Below the pieces are notes generated by a model that worked only from the letters and a program-made list of their open reading frames with translations, was not told the DNA's origin and ran no database searches. A stretch of 32,000 nucleotides of DNA, taken from an uncultured Gammaproteobacteria bacterium (GTDB lineage Bacteria; Patescibacteriota; Microgenomatia; Daviesbacterales; UBA10151). Numbering within the stretch: the first letter of the stretch is position 1; every line of letters begins with the position of its first letter. Shown here one piece after another: positions 8,071 through 14,585 of the stretch. The position numbers and the translations under genes are program-made. The DNA is taken from NCBI GenBank assembly GCA_964360965.1, contig CAYHYM010000003.1, positions 1-32,000 on the forward strand, read 5' to 3'.

Positions 8071-10962
8071 GTGAAATTGCTGCCCCTTTTAATTTTTCTA
8101 TTCACTTTTATTACGCTTCCCTCCCCAATCTATGCTGTCACCATTGCTGAGCAAACCCAAAACTTTGGAAATCAGCTAAATGTCTGGCAGGCAATTCAAG
8201 AGCTGGGCAGCTTGCTTGATGGCAAGGCCGGTTCCTTTACTTTCAGGGTACGTACCACTAAGACCAACCTTGAAATGTTTGATTATACTGCTCAAAATAC
8301 CAAGATTTATGATAAGGACACAAACACCAAAGTTGCCAACGGCTGCCACACAGGTTCTGCCTCTGATCCTTTGGGTGGCTTGACCTTTACCACAGCCGGG
8401 GTACCTGTTGGTTTTGAAGACGTGACAATTGATTTTTCATCCTGTAACTCTTACTCCTTCACTCAAGGACATAAATATTTAATTATTATAAGTAATGCCA
8501 ATATGGCACAATTTGGTGGAAGTTTAATCTATTTTGCAGCCGCTGCTTACGGGTCAAGCAGCACTGACCATTTTAATGGTGGGGGTTTAAGGTATGCTTT
8601 TGATAATAAATTTTGCAACCCAATCACTTACCAATGGAATTCTTCAATAAGTAATGCAAATGAAGACCAATGTAATATTTGGACCACACCCAAAGATGAC
8701 CTTTATTTTATTTTAGCCAACACCTCCCCTCCTCCCAAAACCCCGGTTATTTTTATACCCGGGATAGGGGGGTCTGAATTTAAAGCAGGGCAGGATATTA
8801 TCTGGGCAGATCAGGATGATGGACATGGAGGAAAGTTTTCTCATGCTTATACATCTGGGGAGAAAATTTGGGTCAATGAGGGTAAGGCGGCCGAACTGGG
8901 GGAGGATGATTATTTTGATGTATTAAGATTAAAATCTGATGGAGTAACTTCTGAGGCTTCTCTAAGTTTAACAGGAGATCTGACTTCTTTTGGTTATGGG
9001 GATATTGATTCATTTTTTACCGGATTGGGGTATGAGAAAGGTAAAAATTTCTTTGTTTTTCCCTATGATTGGAGAAAGGATGTGAGAGTTACCAAAGATA
9101 GTTTGGATGCCTTAATTGAGGAGGCAAAAACCAAATCAGGACAAACTAAGGTTAATCTAGTGGCCCATTCCATGGGAGGCTTGGTAGCCAGATATTATAT
9201 TGCTGATTCAGGGAGAGCTTCTAAGGTTAATAAGCTAATTTCTATGGGAGTTCCCCATTTGGGAGCAACAAAAGCTTTGAAAACCCTAATGTATGGAGAT
9301 GAAATAAAGAAGGATGTATTTGGTATATTTGCACTAGGAATCCCATCAAGTGAGGTCAAAGACGTATTCCAAAATCTCCCCAGCGCATTCCAGCTTTTAC
9401 CTTCCAAAAAATTTTATGATTTCTATGACAACTCTGCTCAGAAACCTTTCCCGTTTAGCGACGAAAGAGATATTGACAGTAACAAAGTTACTGGAGCACT
9501 AAACTTTATTCAAATCAAAGGATTGCTGGAAAATTTAATACACAATATGACAGTATTTGACTTTGGAGAACAACTTCATAATTTAGCTGATCCATTACTT
9601 AATCAATCTTCAACAGTCAAGTTGTATAACATAGCTGGTACCAGCCAACCTACTTTAGGACAAATCAGGGAAACGTGGTTAATACAGTGGCCTATTAATT
9701 TAATCTCTATAAGAGACGAGGTCTTTATTAACGGAGACAATACAGTGCCGCTCTATAGTGCCTCACTTAAAAGTGATTCTTTAGATTTTTCAGGCAGTGC
9801 AACTATTTATTATGTGGAACAAAAACACAGTGATCTGGTTTCAAAAGATGGCACAGCTATGCAAACAGTAAAGTCTATTTTAGAAGAATCTGATTTACCT
9901 GTTGAGGTTAAATCCGAAAAGATTGATTTGGAAGGACAGCATGTGTCTTTGGATGATGGGGAATTGGAATTGTATGATGATGAAGGAAAACATACTGGCA
10001 TAAAAGATGACGGAGAAATTGAAACCAATATTCCTGAAACTTTTTATTCAACATCAGGTAAAACTAAACATGCTTTTGTTAAAAAGAAAGCTAAAAAAGT
10101 GAAAGTGAGGGCTACTCGAAAAAAGAAAACCTCATCAGATCCCAAAACAACCAATCTAAAAATTAGAAGTTATAAACAGGATAAGGTTTCTAAAACCACA
10201 ATTTATAGAGATGTCTTAATTGCTGAAACAGCCAAAGTTGAATTTGATCTGGATCCAGCAATTGATACTTCTCCAACCCTTGCATTATTTCCTGATTCCA
10301 CCAAATCTGACAGCACAAATATTAATCTCACTAGTGAGGTATCAGGTGGTCCTGCCTTAGACCAAACATCACCTTCTACAAAGATAGAACTATCAGGAAG
10401 TAAAGATTCATTAGGCAAGTTTATATCCTCTGCCACAGTAACCTTAAGTTCCTCTGATTCTGAATCGGGAATTTTAAAAACAGAATATAGTTTGGATAAT
10501 GGTAAGACTGTTCAAACGTACAGTAATCCATTCACTGTCTCAACTCCTGGTAAAACTACTTTACAGGTAAAGTCTATTGATAAATTAGGTAATGAGGAAA
10601 TACCACAAGAAAAGGTCATAGAGATTGCTTCATCAACTTCTAGCTCATCTTCTTCCAGCTCATCTGGCAATAACTCATCAAGCACTGCACAATCCACCTC
10701 TGAGGAGTCCGTTCCGGTCACCTCCGAGGTGTTACGAAGTGACTCCTCGGAGGTGGATAGCACAAGCTCATCACAAGATATCCTGGGACTTAGCACCCAA
10801 AATCCAGTTTCATCTGCTCAATTAAAACCTCTAACTAACAACCAACCTAATCTACTAACAAGCAGTATGTTGATCTTAACAATGTTTATGGCCCAAAGCG
10901 GAATAATTCTTTTGTCATCCTTAAGATCAGTTCTTTCTTTTCTTAAACCAACCCCAAAATAG
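8071..10962 (+). CDS. secreted, C-terminally anchored LCAT/PGAP1-like alpha/beta-hydrolase (lipase/acyltransferase) with Ig-like and Ser-rich regions
   Basis: 963 aa with a GTG start. Signal peptide MKLLPLLIFLFTFITLPSPIYA. PVIFIPGIGGSEF oxyanion region, nucleophile elbow AHSMGG, and later NGDNTVP and KHSD (putative Asp and His). A poly-Ser tract and a terminal hydrophobic helix follow. Confidence 0.7.
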   Translation: MKLLPLLIFLFTFITLPSPIYAVTIAEQTQNFGNQLNVWQAIQELGSLLDGKAGSFTFRVRTTKTNLEMFDYTAQNTKIYDKDTNTKVANGCHTGSASDPLGGLTFTTAGVPVGFEDVTIDFSSCNSYSFTQGHKYLIIISNANMAQFGGSLIYFAAAAYGSSSTDHFNGGGLRYAFDNKFCNPITYQWNSSISNANEDQCNIWTTPKDDLYFILANTSPPPKTPVIFIPGIGGSEFKAGQDIIWADQDDGHGGKFSHAYTSGEKIWVNEGKAAELGEDDYFDVLRLKSDGVTSEASLSLTGDLTSFGYGDIDSFFTGLGYEKGKNFFVFPYDWRKDVRVTKDSLDALIEEAKTKSGQTKVNLVAHSMGGLVARYYIADSGRASKVNKLISMGVPHLGATKALKTLMYGDEIKKDVFGIFALGIPSSEVKDVFQNLPSAFQLLPSKKFYDFYDNSAQKPFPFSDERDIDSNKVTGALNFIQIKGLLENLIHNMTVFDFGEQLHNLADPLLNQSSTVKLYNIAGTSQPTLGQIRETWLIQWPINLISIRDEVFINGDNTVPLYSASLKSDSLDFSGSATIYYVEQKHSDLVSKDGTAMQTVKSILEESDLPVEVKSEKIDLEGQHVSLDDGELELYDDEGKHTGIKDDGEIETNIPETFYSTSGKTKHAFVKKKAKKVKVRATRKKKTSSDPKTTNLKIRSYKQDKVSKTTIYRDVLIAETAKVEFDLDPAIDTSPTLALFPDSTKSDSTNINLTSEVSGGPALDQTSPSTKIELSGSKDSLGKFISSATVTLSSSDSESGILKTEYSLDNGKTVQTYSNPFTVSTPGKTTLQVKSIDKLGNEEIPQEKVIEIASSTSSSSSSSSSGNNSSSTAQSTSEESVPVTSEVLRSDSSEVDSTSSSQDILGLSTQNPVSSAQLKPLTNNQPNLLTSSMLILTMFMAQSGIILLSSLRSVLSFLKPTPK

Positions 10963-11202
10963 ATGGATAATCCAAAACCAGAAAGTAATGTTTATTAGGT
11001 ATACTAACAATATTTTTATCTTTTCATAATGCTGCAAACATAATGCAACTGGGTATCCTGTAACTGTACACGAACTACCTAAAAGCGAGAAACCTTGTGG
11101 CCAATAGCTAGAATTAAAAAGTTGTATAAAATTACTTACCACCCATACCAATATACTTATACCCAAAGTAACAAAAAATCTTTTTTTAGAAAATCCCCAC
11201 AT
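10927..11202 (-). CDS. small hypothetical membrane protein
   Basis: 91 aa with 2-3 predicted hydrophobic helices. Its 3' end overlaps the convergent lipase gene by 36 nt. No recognisable family. Confidence 0.4.
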   Translation of the reverse strand: MWGFSKKRFFVTLGISILVWVVSNFIQLFNSSYWPQGFSLLGSSCTVTGYPVALCLQHYEKIKILLVYLINITFWFWIIHLFWGWFKKRKN

Positions 11203-11237
11203 GTATTAAGAATAACATAAACTTAATTAAAAAATAC

Positions 11238-12167
11238 TTAAGAACCTAATTTCTTAAAGGAGTAATCCAATAGTTCTCTGGCCTCATCCCTTCTGTTTTC
11301 AGAGCCCAAAATTACTCCCAAAACCTCCTGGCCATTTTTACGGGCCAAAGTTATTAAAACCAATCCAGCCTCCGGAGTATAACCTGTTTTAAATCCTAAA
11401 ACTCCAGGATAAGTGGTAATTAAATTTATCCCTGAGTACATATCATAATCCTGATGCTGGGGAGTCCCTTCAATAAAAATATGTTCAGTTTTTGAGATTT
11501 CCACCAAAACCGGATAATTCCTGATGGCATATCTTGCCAAAATGGCCATATCATAGGCTGTTGAGTATGAATTTTGGCCGTCCTCATCCAGCCCTGTGGG
11601 ATTAACAATATGCGTATTTTTCATCCCCAATTGCAAAGTCTTATCATTCATCAGTTTGATAAATTCCTTCAGATCTCCTGTTGTACCTTGGGCTAAAACC
11701 TCTGCCGCATCGTTGGCTGAAATTAAAAATATGCCATATAAAAGTTCTTTTAAAGTTAATCTTTCTCCTGGAATTAAAAGCATCTTGTCAGGTTCCATAT
11801 CAGCTGCTCTTTGAGAAACCACATACTGATCATCCAAGCTTTTATGTTCCAAAGCAATCAAAGCTGTCATGACTTTGACCAAAGATGCAATTGGTAATTT
11901 TTCATGAGCATTTTTATCATAAAGCACCTGACCAGTTTTAGTGTCCACCAAAAAGGCCGCTTTGGCTGTGATTTGCGGAGCATTAATTTGCACCCCTAAA
12001 GTATTTTGAGGAAACCACAAATTTATTCCCAAACTTTTACCACTTTTTAAAACAGGGGCTATTAGTGTACCATCACCTTCTTGCCTAAAAGAAATAATAA
12101 AAAGAACCGTCAAGGCAATTGTTAAGATACCAATTAAAAAGGTGTAGCCTAACTTGCCTCTTGACAT
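11238..12167 (-). CDS. D-alanyl-D-alanine carboxypeptidase (serine peptidase S11, PBP5-like)
   Basis: 309 aa. N-terminal anchor, SxxK (SLVKV), SxN (SAND) and KTG (KTGYT) motifs in the canonical order. Confidence 0.85.
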   Translation of the reverse strand: MSRGKLGYTFLIGILTIALTVLFIISFRQEGDGTLIAPVLKSGKSLGINLWFPQNTLGVQINAPQITAKAAFLVDTKTGQVLYDKNAHEKLPIASLVKVMTALIALEHKSLDDQYVVSQRAADMEPDKMLLIPGERLTLKELLYGIFLISANDAAEVLAQGTTGDLKEFIKLMNDKTLQLGMKNTHIVNPTGLDEDGQNSYSTAYDMAILARYAIRNYPVLVEISKTEHIFIEGTPQHQDYDMYSGINLITTYPGVLGFKTGYTPEAGLVLITLARKNGQEVLGVILGSENRRDEARELLDYSFKKLGS

Positions 12168-12196
12168 AATATTAAATATTACTACACACTGAAATT

Positions 12197-12901
12197 ATGC
12201 TCCATCGTTTTCTGCCTCTTACCGCAGTCTTATTTTTAATAAGCCTTATCGCTTTTAATTTTCCAACTGTTAAGAGGGATCTATCATATAAGTTAAATCT
12301 GGATAATGATCCTACCACCTCCTGTTGCAAGCTGAATCAGATATCCAAAACCGGTGAATTTGATGAAAATGCCTCTTTGGCTGTCTTTAACAACCAATCC
12401 ATTGATTATCCTAAAACTTCCCTTGCTTATGGCAGTATACCTTATGAGTACAACCCCAATGTTTTGGGTACCACCAATGCAGCCGGGGAGGAGAAATGGA
12501 TTGAGGTATCTTTAGATGACCAAAAAGTCAGAGCCTGGGAGGGGAATAAAATGATAATTGAATTTCCTATCTCATCCGGTAAATGGGCTCCCACCCCCAA
12601 GGGAGATTTTAGAATCTGGTATAAAACCAGGAATCAAAAAATGGAGGGAGGGTCAAAAGAACTGGGAACCTATTATAATCTACCCAATGTGCCGCACAGC
12701 ATGTTTTTTTATCAAGCATATGCTCTACATGGAGCTTATTGGCATAACAACTTTGGCCAACCAATGAGCCACGGCTGTGTTAATGCTCCTTTGGCCAATG
12801 CGGCCGAAATTTTTGAATGGGCAGGACCGGTACTGCCACCGGGAGTAAATGCACTGCGAGCTTCTGCTGATAACCCCGGCACCCGAGTCTTTGTACATTA
12901 G
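12197..12901 (+). CDS. L,D-transpeptidase (YkuD domain)
   Basis: 234 aa. N-terminal anchor and the catalytic motif HGAYWHNNFGQPMSHGCVNA (SHGCVN). Confidence 0.85.
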   Translation: MLHRFLPLTAVLFLISLIAFNFPTVKRDLSYKLNLDNDPTTSCCKLNQISKTGEFDENASLAVFNNQSIDYPKTSLAYGSIPYEYNPNVLGTTNAAGEEKWIEVSLDDQKVRAWEGNKMIIEFPISSGKWAPTPKGDFRIWYKTRNQKMEGGSKELGTYYNLPNVPHSMFFYQAYALHGAYWHNNFGQPMSHGCVNAPLANAAEIFEWAGPVLPPGVNALRASADNPGTRVFVH

Positions 12902-13167
12902 GATATATCCCTGTGGGTGGTGTACATAAAGGCTGCATCTTTGTTTAGATGTTTTAGTTCCTCCCCAACTTTTCTGAAAATTTGATCACTAGTCATTTCC
13001 TCTTTCCCCTCCAGCCACTTTTTCACTTCCTTTATCACAAGATTTGCCGTTACTGCTGCCTCCTCTTTATCAATATTGGCAGATAAACAGGCAGCATAAA
13101 CAGAAGCATACAATTTACGCTCATCAAATTTTTGTTTATGCCCCTTACGTTTGACAATATGTGTCAT
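12898..13167 (-). CDS. stand-alone ATP-cone domain protein
   Basis: 89 aa. IVKRKGHKQKFDERKLYASVYAA... fits the ATP-cone pattern (V-KR-G-x-FD-x-KI) across essentially the whole protein. Confidence 0.7.
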   Translation of the reverse strand: MTHIVKRKGHKQKFDERKLYASVYAACLSANIDKEEAAVTANLVIKEVKKWLEGKEEMTSDQIFRKVGEELKHLNKDAAFMYTTHRDIS

Positions 13168-13185
13168 GTTTTTCCAGGTGTCTTA

Positions 13186-13890
13186 CTATCCAAAATTAAT
13201 CGTACCATTGGCAATCAGAATCAACAACCATCCCAAGCCTACCAAAAGCAGTCCTATGGCAAGTCTCATTAAACCTCTTGATTCCTGTTTCCAACTCTTA
13301 ACAGCAGGCAATTTGGTACCCCCGGCAACCATCAGTAAAATTACAACAAGTGGCAAAACAAACACTATGTTGTATAAAACCAGCATTAGAAAAGCCATGA
13401 AATTAAAATTTGTAGATAAAATTGTGATAATTGCCAAATAGGGCGCGCCTGTACAAGGCAGTTCCACCCCTGCCACAAAAGCCCCGGTTAAAATTACCCC
13501 AGGCACGGTGACATTTTTGGCCAAATCATGAATTTTTTTGACAAAATATACAGGAATCCCTAAAGAAAAACCCCTGCCGTACCAAAAGTAATCTTTGACC
13601 TCCACCAAACCTAAAAGAACAATTATTGTCCCCACAGCAATGGAGATGTATTCAGTTACAAGCAAAGGGATGGATCCCAAGAAAAATAGCAAACCCAGCC
13701 CTGCCAGAAGGTAAGTCACAAAAATAGAAAAAATATAAAGCCCGCCCAAATAAAGCATTCTGCCCACGGATTTATGACCACCCAAAATCACAGAAATCAT
13801 CAGTATTAAAACCCCAATAGCGCAAGGGTTTATGGAATCAATGGCAGCAGAGCCAAGAACCAGTCCTAATGTTGGTAAATGAATATCCAT
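13186..13890 (-). CDS. CcdA/DsbD-like transmembrane thiol:disulfide electron-transfer protein
   Basis: 234 aa, polytopic. Two membrane-embedded Cys motifs (SINPCAIG and ELPCTGAPY) as in the DsbD/CcdA family. Confidence 0.6.
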   Translation of the reverse strand: MDIHLPTLGLVLGSAAIDSINPCAIGVLILMISVILGGHKSVGRMLYLGGLYIFSIFVTYLLAGLGLLFFLGSIPLLVTEYISIAVGTIIVLLGLVEVKDYFWYGRGFSLGIPVYFVKKIHDLAKNVTVPGVILTGAFVAGVELPCTGAPYLAIITILSTNFNFMAFLMLVLYNIVFVLPLVVILLMVAGGTKLPAVKSWKQESRGLMRLAIGLLLVGLGWLLILIANGTINFG

Positions 13891-13895
13891 ATTAT

Positions 13896-13920
13896 GTCAT
13901 TCTGAGCGCAGCGAAGAATC
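13896..13920 (+). repeat. GTCAT / CTGAGC...CGAAG hairpin-type repeat copy
   Basis: gtcattctgagcgcagcgaagaatc. It shares CTGAGC-N4-CGAAG with the copies at 18834, 24436 and 28136, and shares GTCAT...GCGCAG...ATC with the hairpin at 29311. It encodes the last codons and the stop (SSLRSE*) of the upstream ORF. Confidence 0.6.
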
Positions 13921-14535
13921 TAACTTTTCTATTAGTTCCCCCTTCTCCACTGACACCTGGTAAAAATTACAAAGCTTATTAGTTTTTTCTTTAGGTTTAT
14001 CTAGTTCAATAATGATACAATCCCCGGGTGGAACTTGTGGATGAGGTGAGAGTATATGGGAAGCAGGATCAGCTAATTTTTTCTGATGAAAATTACTGCC
14101 AGAAGTTTGATATACAAAAACCTGTAACTCCCCTGGTAAACCATTACATATCACACCACTTTCTAAACTAACCACTCCATTATTAGTAGGCGCAACCAAT
14201 GAACTTGCAGTCATTCTTCCACCTATCACTTTAAAAAATTCACCCAAACTAATATCTTTATACTCTATCACCGGTCCCTCAACATGAATCCTATTATCAT
14301 TATGCTCATGTAGAATTGGTGTGCCAATTTTGTTAGATAATCCCTTGGGGTCTATTAAGTCCACTTTGTTTCCGCAGTTCCAAATTCCAAAATCAGCATG
14401 CCAGTGAACAGGACCACCAGTAACAGAGGTTTGGTTTGTGGAGATGGTTGACCAAACAAGATAAGCTGTAATTCCCAAAACCAGCAAAACAATTGTAAGA
14501 AATAAAAAATATTTTAAAATTTCTCTTTTTTCCAT
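13897..14535 (-). CDS. hypothetical membrane-anchored exported protein with Cys/His motifs
   Basis: The ORF track gives 13897-14604. I prefer the internal ATG at 14535 (MEKREILKYFLFL...), because the longer form overlaps the divergent ATPase start. One N-terminal TM helix, HWHADFGIWNCG and LHEHNDNRIHVEG motifs, and 4 Cys. Confidence 0.55.
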   Translation of the reverse strand: MEKREILKYFLFLTIVLLVLGITAYLVWSTISTNQTSVTGGPVHWHADFGIWNCGNKVDLIDPKGLSNKIGTPILHEHNDNRIHVEGPVIEYKDISLGEFFKVIGGRMTASSLVAPTNNGVVSLESGVICNGLPGELQVFVYQTSGSNFHQKKLADPASHILSPHPQVPPGDCIIIELDKPKEKTNKLCNFYQVSVEKGELIEKLDSSLRSE

Positions 14536-14585
14536 CCATTTTCCACTATACCATCCAGTACTTATGTAATACAATTTAATTTGTA

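Noticed and set aside
10625-10700. Run of TCN/AGC serine codons (SSTSSSSSSSSSGNNSSS), considered as a microsatellite or array
   Set aside because: It is in-frame low-complexity coding sequence of the surface protein, not a spaced repeat array. There is no repeat-spacer periodicity.
13899-13918. CUGAGC...CGAAG core considered as a hammerhead-ribozyme-like motif
   Set aside because: The hammerhead core requires CUGANGA ... GAAA with three defined stems. Here the residues after CUGA do not fit, and no stem I/III partners are evident.
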